Source: Raillietiella orientalis (taxonomy: Eukaryota). From it: a stretch of 64,000 bases of DNA. This document shows, piece by piece, positions 36,601 through 50,000 of this stretch. The notes beneath the pieces were generated by a model, which had not been told where the DNA came from, did not search any database, and saw only the letters and a program-made list of their open reading frames with translations. The DNA lies in contig JAYWIR010000004.1 of assembly GCA_036172245.1 (NCBI GenBank), positions 5,642,001 through 5,706,000 of the forward strand, written 5' to 3'. Position 1 is the first letter of the stretch. Every line of letters begins with the position of its first letter. Position numbers and translations under genes: made by a program.

Positions 36601-37599
36601 TCTCCTTCCTTGTTTTGAAACTACTGATCCTTGATTTCATTTGATATATATACATATATTCTTTTTTGGATATAGCGCACATCCATTACAGGATTCCAAG
36701 GCAATCATCTTTCCAGAGTCCTGTTGCTTTGCTTCCCATTTTCCGAAACCTCTTTACATTTTCGCTACAAGAGCATTGTCCTTAGGATCGTTTTCCCACT
36801 CCTCCTAGCAATCAACTGTCGAAGACATTGTTTCCTTTCTTTTTGTAACGTGACTTTTCAAGAATGCACAAGAGGAACACCTGATCTGAATGTGCCGCTT
36901 AAATGCAGCATTTCCTTCCTCCTTTACTCTAACAGCTTCAGCGTGGAAGCCCCCCGACCTCCATTTCGAGGTCCATTATTTTGAGTTATCATTGAAAACA
37001 TGTGTGATGATTTGGTAGCAGTAGATCCTCCCCCCGTTTCTAATGAAGAAAGGGACATCTGGGCATCTGCGAAAATTTAGTGCGTATCAGCATTTAGATT
37101 AAGACTTGCTCGCGACGGTATCGGCGCTGTTTCTGCACGGCGCATCTCCACGTGATTTCAATGGGAAACTTATTTATTGTACAAATGATTGCTGGCGTAT
37201 GCAGCATCTGCAGATTACTCAGTCAGCAGATACGCTTCTCGTGAGTTATGTTTCGTATTTCAACGTTTATTCGGGAACCATAATAAATTCTGCTACAACT
37301 GAGATTGCAGAAGGATAGGCTGCGTCGAACAGACGTGCTTTAAGTGATGATTGGATCCTACCAGAGCTTGCGGGGAAGCGAAATGCTGAGATGCCTTTCC
37401 TCCCGGATTCCGACTTCATAAGTTTCGGCGACGCGAAATGGATGTCGGTCTCGAGAAAATTCGAGGGGAAAAAAAGAAACAAACAAACAAGCAAGCAAAA
37501 ACAAAAATAAAAGAAGAAAATTCTGGATCCGGGAAAGTTGGAAAGCAACAGAGAAATGCCGCGATAGATGAAGTGACAGAGAGACCCTTTCGAAAAGGA

Positions 37600-40300
37600 A
37601 GACCAGAAAAGGAATGAAGGTGGTTGCTGACCTCGTAGGCGACGTAACCTCTCTGGATCTAGCCTTACGCCAATTATCTCGCAAGGATTTACGATCAGTG
37701 ATCAAAGAGCACCTGCAGGTACTATCAGTAGACAGAGGACTTCGTTTCCTGCTCTGCTGAAGGGAAGTGAAACAAGACTAGTCACGACACGGGAAGCGCT
37801 TGGTCCATGGGAAGGCAAGCATCAGGACAAGCCAAAGCATCAACGCCAAAACTCACGTTCGGAGACTCCATTACTGATGTCCACATGCATATGATCGTCT
37901 CTGGCCCACACACTGTGCACAGCCTGAATCTCTGATTTCAAAGTACAGATATCAAGGGGAGGCTCTGGCTTGTATGGAACAATAATGTTCCTCCAGGCAT
38001 TTGCTATATTGCAAAGAATACCTTGGGTTCACGTATCGCAGATTCACCCGTGGTTCCCTACTGGACTTCCTGCCTGTATGAGCAGCGTCAGTCAAGGATG
38101 GAGTTGACCAAATGAGCAGATCTGAAACATTGGAAGGACCCCCACGTTCCATCCTCAACTACTGCGACAGAGATCATCGAAGCAACACGATCAGCTCAAG
38201 AGGGCTGTCCACAAACAATGGAGGATAATCGCTTCCAACCAGCTCGTAGCAAGATACACCCCAAACTCAAACCAGATTTGGTGAAGGAAGGATCATCATC
38301 ATAGGCGCTCATACAAGGACAGATATGCTCCTCCGGCACACTGGAAGCCTCCAGCTGGAAGGACAGAAAATACTGGGGCAGGAACCTTTACGTGTCCTCG
38401 AAGGAGTTAAGGAGTTCCGTCTACGGCAAGGACGACTGTCGTAGGGTTCTGGGAAACGTTCGGTGAATGGCGGTGTGTTGGGACACTAAAGATTGCGAAA
38501 AATATTGGGATTCGAGAAATCTGCAGGATGGCAAAGACCACCACTACAAGTGAAGCCAAGGTCGCACAGAGAGGAGGCCCAGTTTCTGAAGAGCAAACGA
38601 TGCAAGCAAACGGAAGGAGAGCGTGCGAGGAAGAAAAAGAAAGAAAAAGGAAAAAAAAAAAAAGACAACTTCATGATTTTTTTTTGTGTTTCTTGCCATT
38701 TTACGGTGCGCATCGGAGGACGTGTTATGGAACGATACTGGCAGTTTCTGCCCTTCCGTTTGCTGGAACGGCACACCAGATCAGAACGGAGTAATTACGG
38801 CAGGCTTTGTATTGTCCATTAATTATGCCTGCATGCTATCAGCAGGATCGATGGTTTCTCCGTGTGAAATTACGGGTCCTCTTGACGGAAATTTGGGGCA
38901 TTACCTAGATGAATCATCCTTTGGCTTTCTTAGCAGAGGATTGTTGCATTGTTTTTGTTCCAGTAATCCAGCCTTTTCAGATGACCGCAAACCATCTAGG
39001 AGGCAGCTGTCCGGAATTTGCGAACCAGGAAAGCTGATGAAATCTCCAGAGAAATCTGTCTCCGGTGAACAAACAGTAGGGAATCTCTGAATTTTTTTCG
39101 CCACTTGACGCCCTGTGGCGACACGAAACTTTGTACCCTAAATTCCTTCTTCGTTCATGCACAACTATGAGAAAAATAAATGGTTCCCTCTATTTCGGGG
39201 ACGCTTGAAGGAATGGCACACACCTGTGTTTCTGTGCTTTGCAGAGCAGCCCCTTCTGTTACTTTCAGCTCCGTTTCCCTGAAAATTTCCCGTGCAGCGC
39301 TTCTCTACCCATGTTTCCTTTCAGTTAGACGGTCCTGTGAAACTCCCTTTCATTTCATACCGTTTCCTGGTTTTAGGTTGTCACGCCCGTTTGTCCGTTT
39401 TACTGGAGATTCCGCATTAATCCCTCTTTGGTCACAGATCCTTTGGTCCGCTAACGAAACAAGCATTCGTGGCAAAGGAAGTGATCGGCATGAAATCTCA
39501 CTGTGGCGTTTGAAAGGGGACAGGTGAGAGAGTCAGCTCTTGCCATTCCTTGGAGCGCAGGAACCAATTCAAAAGGACGGAAAGGAATTTTTTTAGGGAA
39601 CTCAGGATTTGCCCAAGCAAGGCTCCTGCCTTTCAAGCTTGTTCCAAGCAATAGCATTTACTGTTGCGTCATCCAAACAGAAATTTCTCTTACTCTTATC
39701 CTTATCCTGCATATGAAAAAGGCTAGTTGAATTTCATCATAGGATGATGAGGAATTTCGAAAACGAAGCTATTCATCGCTTGATGACTTTTAAGATGACA
39801 AGATATTTAGGATTCGTGCAATAAGCAAAGCAACTCACTTATTCCTTGGAAACGGTTCGATACTCAACGAGGCAAAACTTGTACGAGAGGGCTGCTTGCA
39901 CCAAAGCCGGTGAGCATGCTGCAGACTTTTGTAAACTAAATCTCCCAAAGGGGGAAGAGAGCAAAAAAACCCTTCAGCTCCCTTTTAATTAGAATTCCCG
40001 AACCATTGCAAGCGCTTCTACATTTCATCTATGCTTATAAAACAAATGCCAGCTAATGTGCCACTCCGGAAGCTGGATCAAGCCTGACTTTCGTGCCACT
40101 CTTTACAGGACTCCGGCGAGACCATGAAGCTGTTTGGTGTACGCTTCTGCCCAGGACTGTCCGATGCTTCCATTTTTGAGTTGATAAATACTGGTTTTCT
40201 CATCCGACCTATGCAGGCTTTCTTCTCCAGCAATCCTTCTCTTTCCAAGGTATTTCACTGAAACTTGGAGAAGAGCTAAGACACTGCCTAAGACATTCGT
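37600..40300 (+). mobile_element. Decayed LINE endonuclease to early RT (copy L)
   Basis: YLGFTYRRFTRGSLLDF from 38019 (cf. FTY...SRLD), then ITGPLDG. Confidence 0.5.
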
Positions 40301-40425
40301 GATGTTTCTATCTTTTTGCTTATTTTCCGCTTTTGTTTTTTTGAGCTACGTCTATCGAAGTACACCGCACTTCTACGTGGCGATGCGTTCATGTGCTCCT
40401 TTGCCACTGTACACATGAGCGCGCG

Positions 40426-40590
40426 GATCAGGCAACAATGCCGAAGGCATGGGGCTCATGTGCAAGGCGAGGCAACAATGAGGAGGAATTCGCAGGTGCA
40501 CGTGAACAGGATGAGGCAACAATGCCGAAGACACGGTTGCTTGTGAGCAAGGCGAGGCAACAATGAGAAAGTGGCAGGTGCACTTGAACA
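40426..40590. repeat. 84-bp tandem duplication with four AGGCAACAATG copies
   Basis: AGGCAACAATG starts at 40430, 40470, 40514 and 40554; GCAGGTGCAC occurs twice. Confidence 0.9.
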
Positions 40591-40599
40591 AATCCGCCG

Positions 40600-41830
40600 A
40601 CAATAAAGAAGGCTATTAGTGTGCGTGGAAAGATTGGATGCGATTGGCTGATGAGTAAATAAATCGATTGTTATCGTGATGTTCCAGAGGGGAAGATTGT
40701 CGAATTCCTACATTCTTCCCTCTGATAGGTTCTTCCCTGTGATCGGTGTATGCCGTTTCCGGTGAATGCAGGAAATCCCGCTGTCGTTCGGAGCGCTCCT
40801 TTCGCTCCCACCGTTCTCCCCCCACGCGTGCCACGCTGCAAATCGAACATGATGAAGGAAGGAGCGAACGGATTCTCTCCTCGTGATTGATTCCCCCCCC
40901 TCCTCCTCCTCCCTTGCCAGAATTGCCGAGGGAGGGAAAGCCACACCATTAGCAGCAGTAGCAAACGGGCAGCAAGGCGAAACTGCGTACGGAAAGGGCG
41001 CCTGGAAAGGCGAACGAAACCGCTTCGCGGGAACGGCGCCTGCCGCCGCCGCCGCCGCTACACGCTCCATCTGCTCGCTGCCAGCAGCGTCGGACGCGAA
41101 CCGGCCGCTGCGGCTCTCTTCCCAAGTTAATGCAGCGTATAAATTTCCAGTTAAAGACGGTGCACCGCGGCCAACTTATACGAACAACAACTCAACAAAA
41201 GCGGGATATCATCGGAGGAAGATAAGGAAAGTCATAAATAACGTTGTTACCCGGTCCTGTTTGCGTCCGTTAATTCTCCTCGCCCGACTCGTTTGCGTCC
41301 ATTTTTCATCTGCCTCTTCCTCTTTCCATTGTGAGCATTATCAGTCGCATATCCCATTAGGCGCCGCGAATTCACTCCGAGTGGCAAAAGTTTTTTTTTC
41401 CCTTCTTTCGCTCCCCCCCTAGGAAAATCATTCGAGAATCAGCAGCAGAATAAAAGAAAATATGTTAACGATCAGTCTTGCAAAACATCCTAATCCAAAA
41501 AAAAAAGAGAAATGTGCGATGATTACTTCCTCTCTCCCCCTTTCCTCCTCTTGCTCCCTTTCCGTTTTTCTCCTCGACCTGAACCACCCCCGTAGGTCGA
41601 TCTGCTTAGCTATGTGTGGCAGCTTGGAAAAGATTTGCACCCGCGCTCTTGGAATCGATTTTCATGTTCCTTTCCTGAGAGGCAGATGCAAACCAGTCAT
41701 CAGTCCGCGCAGAATTTTGGGAGTGGCAGGATTTGCGACACTCTGGGAATGCAAATCCTCCCGCCGGGAGAATCCCGCGCGGTTTTCGCCAATCATCATC
41801 ATTCGGGTCGAAGGTGATTCATCTGCTCTT
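40600..41830. promoter_or_regulatory. Unique CpG-rich island, putative cis-regulatory region
   Basis: No LINE motifs seen. Contains TATAAAT (about 41138), AGATAA (41220), CATAAATAACG (41233), TCAGTC (41341) and ATGCAAAT (41749). Confidence 0.35.
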
Positions 41831-41959
41831 TTTTTCCTCCTCCTCTTTCTCTCTCTCTCTCTCTTTTTTTTTTCATTTCCTTCCCCTCCCCTTTCCTCTC
41901 CCTCGCCGAGAGGGATCAGCGACGGAAACAGCGGCGACACCACCATTCATCCTTTTCTC

Positions 41960-43450
41960 AAAACGCCTGTGCGACAACCCAGACGGAGCCGGACCACCCC
42001 CACCTCGACAGATTTTTGACTCCTCCGGAAAGAGACCCCTTCCTGAGAGTCTCTCGTGCCTTCGGGACGAGCTCTTCTTGCAGGCGACGCACGGGAGACC
42101 CACCTTCACGCTCAGCACCTGCGGAGATGTCCTCCCCTGGACTGGCCGCCTAGTCCAGGTTCATCTGGAAGGGTCTTTCCATCAGTTGCGGGAGTAATCC
42201 CACAGGTACTGGAAGGGGCAGAGGTGGGCTGCAGATGGCAGCAGCTGGTGGGAATCCTTCCTCTTTCATTGGCCGCTTTGCGGGGTTTCAGGGAAGGCGC
42301 CTGCATCAATCCCTTCTTTCTCCTAGGGGACGTGGGAGCTGGAAGGGCAGAAATTTTGGCGTGCCCCTGTGGCTCTCATGGAGGAAGGCAGCGCACCCTG
42401 AATGCCTTGCGTACCTTCTGAGGTTCCAGGGAAAAGATTCACACCTTTTCCTCTTCAACCCTCCCATCGCCCATCAAATCTCCCATCAGGGAGATCCTTT
42501 TCCTGCAATCGAAGAGCCTCCCGCCTCTCGAGTGCCCTCCTGAAGGTTCGTTTGATGAGGAGGCTTCTTGTCTGCTCTGCGTCTGCGCAGTCACCTGCTC
42601 CATGGTAGCTGGCAGACGAGTACCAAAAACCCTGGTACTCTTGACACAGCCTCTCACTCTTGGAAGGAAAAATGAAGGAAAGATGCGGAGAGAAAGGCAA
42701 GAACAAAGGCCAATTGAGGAGTTTGCTGTCTTCTCTAGGACTTCCAGGAGGAACGGACGGGAGACCTTCGGATGATCTTCCTCCTTGCTTCCTCTTCCTG
42801 AAGAGGTCGCCGCTCCCAGTAGCTGTCCTGGAGTCCAGGGGCTCGAGTGCGTTGCACTGCCTTTCCTGCTTAGCCGCCACGGCGAAGACGGCCTCTGCCT
42901 GTCGTCTCATGGCCATCACCGGGGCCCTCCCTAGTGGGTGCGCTCCTGTTCTTCCCTCCACTCGTGGTGCACCCTCTCCTCTCCTGAGCACTGGAGCGTC
43001 TAAGGAAAGGAGGCAATTTCCGTCCTGCTGACCACCACAGAGGGCTTTCTGCCCCTGCATTCTTCTCTGGAAAGCCATCGCGGTTAAAACTTTGCCACAG
43101 TCAGGGCTTCCTCGTTTATTCCTTCTTTGGAAGGAGCGGGAGGCATAAACGAGGAAGAGTCTTCCGATTTTCGAAGTGCTTCGGAGAGTTGATGCGGCTC
43201 GGAGAAGAGCGTCGGCACTGGGTCAGGAAGGAGGGAAAGTTCGCGAGCGGGACATTCCTGGGTCAAGGCTCAATTTTGCCGTCCCTCCGTCGCCTCTCCG
43301 CCGCCTCCTGCATTCGAGGGCGCGTCTGGGCGGCGGCGACGAGCCCAGTACCAGGGATCCTGGAATTTTCTATTCCCCTTTTCTTCTTCCCTGCTCTTCC
43401 CACTCTCCTTCCCACCACTCCTTCCTTACTTTGGTTCCTCCCGTCCCGAC
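41960..43450 (-). mobile_element. Decayed LINE RT fragment (copy M)
   Basis: LLNWPLFL...ERL..YQGF, FSLEPQKVRKAF, TLPDE (42174-42160) and VGLPCVACKKS. Confidence 0.65.
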
Positions 43451-43599
43451 AAGGTGTCCCGAGTAGGATGGCAGATGCGCGGTAGGCGAAAGCTGGGAAA
43501 GATGTTCGGGAGAAAAGGAGGATTATTGGAACCTCCCCCTGTCAAGAAACCACCCATTACCATGCATCCGTTTTCTCTTTCCCTTTCCTCCTGTGCGGT

Positions 43600-46150
43600 T
43601 TCCTGGAAGCGTGTCCTGGTCTTCGGAATTCCTCATCCTCTTGAGGTGTACTCCCCTTCCGCCTCATCCCAAAGGAACGGCTCGCTCGGCATGGATGGCC
43701 CACCCTCATAGTGCCATCAGGGTTCCGGGTCTGCAACGGGAGAGTGTCCGCGACTTCTCTTCCCTCCTATCCGTCCTCCTCGCTAGGCAATTGCTTCTTG
43801 ACTGGAGCGGTCCTGGAATTTTACAGTGAAAGGGGGGGGGGAGGGACCGATAGACCATGTGAGGTCGCGCCGAGAGCGACATGCCAGGAAGGGAGGGGGA
43901 GCATTGATGCGCTTTTCTCCTCTAGGTTAATCGCTCTAGAAGCTCCTTCCCTTCCCCGCAGACTGAAGGACCACCTACGGGCCTCAGGAAAACACAAGGA
44001 GCTCTTCCTAGACTGCAGGAGGACATCATGGAGCGCGAGCCATTGGGAACGCGGAGGCGAAGGAGACCCGTGGCGGATCCCGGTTCTCCGAAGTGCAAAA
44101 TGTCGACCATCCTCGTCTCCATCCCAAGAACCTCTGCCTTTCCTTCCGGATCCTTTCTTCCCCCTTGGTTTGAGGGAACTTCCGACAGCAAGGGAACTTG
44201 CCGTCCAGGAAACCAGGTTTTATGCATCACGGAGCCTTAGCGGTGTCAGGATGAGGGGGCTGTGGCAGCCGCAGGCGCGAGCCGCTGGAGCGGCCAAACT
44301 GGAACCATGTCCGCAAGACGCCGGCCGAAGCTCCCTCGGTTCACACGAAGAAAGGGAGAACAACAGGGAACGACAACTCCCTCAGTGCCGTTTTCAAAGG
44401 ACGCGCCCATCCGCCTCGCCCTGCAACATAAGGACCTCTGGGGACCCACGAGCACTTGAAAGAGTCCTTCCCCGGAAAGAGTCCGGGGAAGGACTTGGTC
44501 CCGGCGTACTGGCTCGAGATCATCTTGTGGCAAAGTTGTTCAGAGACCCCCTCGAGGTCGGGTGCCACTGACGGTAAGGAGGAAGGTCGCCACGGTCAGG
44601 TGCAGGAGACCATCCCGAGAGAGCGATGTTATCAATTATCCCTCCAGGAGACCAGGGACGCTTGCGGACATTCCAGGATCCCGGGAGAAATATCCGAAGT
44701 GCTTGAACCGCAGACTCTGGAGTCTGGAGAGAGTCCTGGGAGAGAGAAGAGGAAGAAACCTGGCGAGAGAGCTGTAAAGCGGTCCTAAGAGCGGCAGCGG
44801 TCGTCGTAACTACAGTGACTGTCCCCGGCTGCGATCGGACGAAGGTTTGAGGTCTGCTACATGGACAAGGCGAGACCCTGGTTGTTCCATACGTTTTGGC
44901 TCCGAGGACCGGAACGCCTCTTCCGCGTTGTCTTCGACCTGGAGAGCCTCTTGGAGGGACGGCCTCTCGGCGACTCAGGCCCAGATCCTCTCCGAGATGG
45001 AGGTGTTTTTCGGATCCAGAAGACGTGCGTCCTACTCGTTCGACCGCTTCTCTCTCCCGTCCGTCATCCTACCCTGTCTCCTCCTCTCCCAGAAGGAGGG
45101 GAGCTCACTGCGTTGCAGTTTCGTGATTTTTCGATCATCCTGACTGGACCAGTCTGCTGATCTGCGGGGCGTGAGACCCGATCTTGACAGAATCGCCTCT
45201 GACTTGGACGACGGGGAGGGCAGCAGCGCGCGCCCGCCGAGATGCTCCTCGAAACTCCTTGGAAACGTCCTCTTCCCTGTTGGAACCTGGTTGGACCGGG
45301 ACGTTTACTCACCAACAATGAAGATGTGGCCAGAAGGAAGGAAGGCCCCCTCCTGTTGCAGACCGGATCAGGGGAACCGCCCAGGCTCCGTTCAGAGCGA
45401 GTGCACATGAAACAGGGAGAGGGGCAATAAATAAGCAAGAGGATAAATAAATAAGGAATGCTCTGTCGATTAGGGAGGACGGCAGGGACACCGAGGTGCG
45501 CGCAGAGTCCAGTTTCATCACTTCCGGATCTCTCATTATGCGCGGAGATTCTTCCCCGTGGGCTGCGCCCCAGCGAAGTCATCTGCCTGCACTTCACACC
45601 ATGGCACTGGTCATAATAACGGCTTCTTCCCGGCATGCTTCCTGCTTCAGGTGGTGCACCACGGTGCCGCGAACGTGTCGCCTGCGTCGCGGCCTCGGAG
45701 TCTTTCTTGGGGAAGAGAGAAGCGCCTCACCAAGTCCCAAGGGGTATCGGCGCGGGTGCGAGAGGACTGCAGTCAGCCGTCCCCACCCTAGGATCCCCAA
45801 TCTCCAGCAAGAGACGCGGGAAAGAGGAGCGCTTTCCTGTCGCACATTGCACGGTTCAGGGAAGGTCTTCTTTTCCGGCAGAGCGCGTGCTCCACAGGGA
45901 AATTTCTTCCTCAGAGAGTGGGACTGGAGATGCCGGTCCGGCCGCTCGCCCCCTCCAGAAGCGGTACGAAGATTGGCGGTCTTCTACACATATCAGGAGT
46001 CCATGTCGGTGGTTTGCGAACTTGGGATCGGCTCGATCCCTCAGGTATCGGCGAGATCCGCCGAACCGTGTGCCTTCCCGGAGGCGTCGAGCTGCCTACC
46101 CTGTGGATGACCCCTTTTATCGTGACTGGCGCTTCCTGGGAGCCGCCCCG
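43600..46150 (+). mobile_element. Decayed LINE ORF2 (copy N)
   Basis: GKSPGKDLVPAYW (about 44470-44510), MDKA and LQFRDF (45113-45130). Confidence 0.6.
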
Positions 46151-46329
46151 GTTCTTCGGAGATTCCTTCCGCAGGGCAAGCGGAGGAGGAGGAGGGCCCC
46201 TAAAATATCAGCCGTTTCTTCGTGGACTCCGGACGAGAGAGGGGAGGGGCAGAAGGGGGGCAGAAAGGGGACAGAAGGAGGAAGGATAAAAAGCTATACT
46301 TCGGTTTTCACCCGGGATCGCCGGGGCGT

Positions 46330-47800
46330 TAATTTACATAAATAAACTTTATAATATGATAAGCCCATTGGACCTACGGAATTCTCTGTTCTGCACAGCT
46401 TGCTGGGCGTCCGGTGCGCAGACCGGAGGGGATGACGAAAAGAAAAACACAAAAAAACAAAAACAAATAAAAATATACAAATATTAATAAGCACTGGAGA
46501 GCACGGGGAGAGATCTCTGCCTGCTGGAGGCCGTCCTCTGCATCCTTTGCAGGATGCTGGAGAGTTCTTCTCTTCTGTTCTCCAGGTGGGGTCAATTTCG
46601 CTGTCCTCTGCGAAAAATGTAGGCGGAATTAGATGGTGTCCTTGCCACTTCCTCCTCCACTGGCGTCGCTCCACGCCGCCACAATACCGCGTAGGCAGCA
46701 AAGCGCTGCTAAGGATGCGGGGCCGGCGGCAATGCGTCGTGCACGAAGGGGGGTTTGAGTGTGTCCCTGGGGTCTCCACGTGGGGTCCGAAGGGCCGTCG
46801 TTGCCAAGCGTCCCAACGACGGTCGCAGGACAGCACATCCACAAGCTGTGCTTCGGAGGACGAACCGTTGGGCCACCGCTTGTTTGGGGCGAGGGCGAGG
46901 ACTGGTCGGGTCTCACCGCTGTGCGACCTCCCAGAGGCTCGAGGCGGAGCCGAAAGGCAGCCTGTAGCGGCGGTCGCTTCTTCGGGGCGCAGGCGTTCCT
47001 GGGCTGCACAGGGAGATCCACCTGCGAGCGCCTCGAGACTCGACCTCGACGACGACGGCGACGACCTCATCCAGACGGTCGCGCGCGGAAAGCCCGCCTC
47101 TCCAGAAGGCTCCCCCGTCATTCCGGGGTCGGATGAAGGAGAACCGCCCTTCCTGCCGCGACTGTCTCCTCCTTCCACCTTGCCGTCCGCGGGAGTCTGG
47201 GTGGGACTAGTTCCTCCCCGGAAGGAGATCCCTCCAGGCGAGCCCGTGGGCTCTCCCGCTCTACGGGAGGATGCTTCCGGAAAGGAGCGCAGTTGTGGCT
47301 TCCCTGGGACGTGCCGATGCGGAGCGAGTTGAGGGGGGAGGATTCCACAGGGGGAGGAGGTGGGGGAAACGAACGAGCCGTGGAGATCGAACGAGGAAGA
47401 AGTCGGAGCCGAATCACTGGTCCAACGCATCTCGAGGGGCAAAAGTCCGTTCCGGAATGCGCTCCTGGCCGGCCGCTCAGACGGCCGAAACTCCCGGATG
47501 CCCCGAAGGAGCTTCTCGGAGGATGACAAAGGACTCCTAAGAGCTCTGCTCCCTGAATTCCATCGGAGGACTGAACTCTGGTCTTAAGGGAAGTGGGGAG
47601 GGAAGGCGGGACTACCAAGCTGGTGCCTCGATGTGCTGGTCGAGGTGGTCAGCGTAGGTCTTCTCATCGAAAAGGGCTCGAGGATTCGTTCCTTGAGAGA
47701 AGAAGGGGGTGGGGAAGAGGGAGCATTTGAAGATTCCGGAGGTCATCTGGATTCGGTAGGGAAAAGTCCGCTGGAAACCTTCAAGTGTCGGACTCTGGAT
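46330..47800 (-). mobile_element. Internally deleted LINE, RT to 3' end (copy O)
   Basis: SAFRNG, FDLHGSF, GRKGGSPS and GFP. The 3' end (CCTCTGCATCCT..GATGCTGG at about 46535-46560; EELSSILQRMQR) matches the ends of copies E and H. Confidence 0.65.
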
Positions 47801-47939
47801 AGTTTCTCCCGTCAAAAAAATTCAGTATTTTTTAGTGGGTTGTAAACTCTTGGAGGGTGGAGGGAGAGGAAGACTGGGGTACTGCTGGGCGCGAGAGAAC
47901 GAAATATCCCTTTTAGTGCGGGGACAGGAAGAAATGGTG

Positions 47940-50000
47940 CATACCCGTGAGCATCCCGTTATCGGTTCGGGATCGTGAATTTTACAAGGCGACCTTTCTC
48001 ACTCTTCCGGGATGGGGAAGCGGTCTGGATGCCGTTCCCGGATGTACCAGGGGAGGAAATTCTACGCCGGAGATGAAAGATTACGGAAGACTTTCTCACC
48101 ATCGAACGAGAGATTCTATCTCTGAGGAAGGTCTTGAGAGATAAGCGCATCAGCATCTCTTCAGCCTGGAAGAGAGGGAGAGCAAAAATAATGAAAAAAA
48201 TTTCCTGCAAGAAAACAACCGACCGCTTCCCTTGGGAGGGTCTGGGACGAAGCCTCAAAATTGCTACAATTAGAAGAGGAGGAAGTGAGTAGATGGCTTA
48301 GAGTTTCCACACTTCCGATCCGATCCACAGTCCCAGTGAAGAATCCGGATGCTGGGGAACACAGCTAAGATAGTTGCCCACGATGATCAGCTATCTGACA
48401 AATTAAAGCTGCCTTCCGGGTATCGTCCCAGTGTCCAAAAAAAAAAAAATGCTGTCTTTGCTTTGTCCGAGAAAGGAATGGCCGCTCAGTGGGTCACCTG
48501 CATTGAAGGACCTCAGCCGTTTCTTCGCGGGCTCCGGACGGGAGGGAGAAGGGGGTAAGAGAATGTCTTTTCCCCTACATGGATTCCGTAAGCTGCCCTG
48601 CGTGTGGTGAGGCCAGCAGCGAGAGTCAGAGCCGGCGAAGACAGGGGGAAGAAGACGCGCGGACGTGTTCGGAGTCTTTCAGTAGTGAGCTCCTCTTGAG
48701 AACTAGGTTTATTCCTGCTCCTTAGGATCCACAAACAAAACTGAAGGGAAAGAAAATGACGTGATCATCTGATCTCATGGGTGCGGCCATCGGTCCCTTA
48801 GCGATGTGCGACAATACCGTTGTCTCCTATAAAGAAGCCAATCAAGGAACAATGGCGGGCCACGATAGAAACCACAACCATTGTGGATCGCGAAGTCTTT
48901 GGTCTGTTTGCTCTTTTTGGACGTAGTCGGGACAGGATGCATACTCATTTGATCTTATCTCATTTCCGAGAGGATGCCATTTTTTCTCATTTTTGGATTT
49001 CAAATCCACAGGTATGGGATGCCAAGGCTTCATACAGAACGCACATCCAGTTGTCCAGAATTCCTTCTGCTAGAGCACTTCCTCCTTTGGCAGGAAGCAG
49101 CTCGTTCCGAAGAACATTCGCCGCCTTTTGAGAACGAAAGCGTCTTTGCTCCATCTGCACCAACCTGCCCTTCTATGACCCTCAGGAAGGGGATGCACTT
49201 TTGCGTGGGCATCCCGCTGTTGCATCGCGCTTTTGTTTCGCCGGAGGAGCTCTTCTGTAGAAAGCAATGAAGAAGTTCCATAGGGAGCGAGCTGCAGAAA
49301 TCACGGAGGGAGTATTCAGCGCGTGTTCACGTGCCGCGAAAAGAGAGATCAGTGAACACGGGTTCCAGTGAAGAGTAGATGGGAGGAACAATGGACGAGC
49401 TAGATAATTCGGAGCAGTTGTCGCTTCCGCCATTCACTTGTAAGCAGATGGTCTATGCTGAAAGAAGGAAAAACACCTTTGGTTACAACGGGATGATTTA
49501 TGGATGCGGGTAAAGAAAGCAAAAGATGGAGGTCTGTGTAATGGGATAGAATGATGATTCATATGTGAGTAATAATAGGAGCTCGGGAGTGTCCTTCCGT
49601 AAAACAAAGGTGACCTTGTTAGCATGGGTGAAGCGCGCCGAATTATGCGAGATAAGGGAGAAGGAGAGAAAATACTAGCCAAGAATAAAGGGGGGTTTCG
49701 TACGAAGGTGTGACACTCAGGAGGTGAGAGATCATGAATTCACTCCAAGCATTCCGGACCACTTCAGCAAGGAGTTTTCCCTCTTCAGAAACAATTGAAG
49801 AGTTTCCATGGCGCACTCTATAAGGAGAAATTTTGAAGTTATTCATCAAGAAGGATGGAACCGTTGTACTTAGAAGTAATTGGAAGATGGACGAAACCGA
49901 AATTCGCCAATATGTGAAGAATGTTTCCAGCAGTCCTAAATGTGGCTCCTGTTTAGCAGGGGTGACTGAGAGTGGGGATTCATGAAAGAGGGCAAATGAA
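47940..50000 (+). mobile_element. Decayed LINE RT to finger region (copy P)
   Basis: GSGLDAVP, DYGRLS, LSEKGMAAQWVTCI, AMCDN and FHGAL in order. Confidence 0.5.

Noticed and set aside
40430..40564. CRISPR-like repeat-spacer pattern
   Set aside because: Repeats are only 11 bp, the spacers are duplicates of each other, the context is eukaryotic and there are no cas genes.
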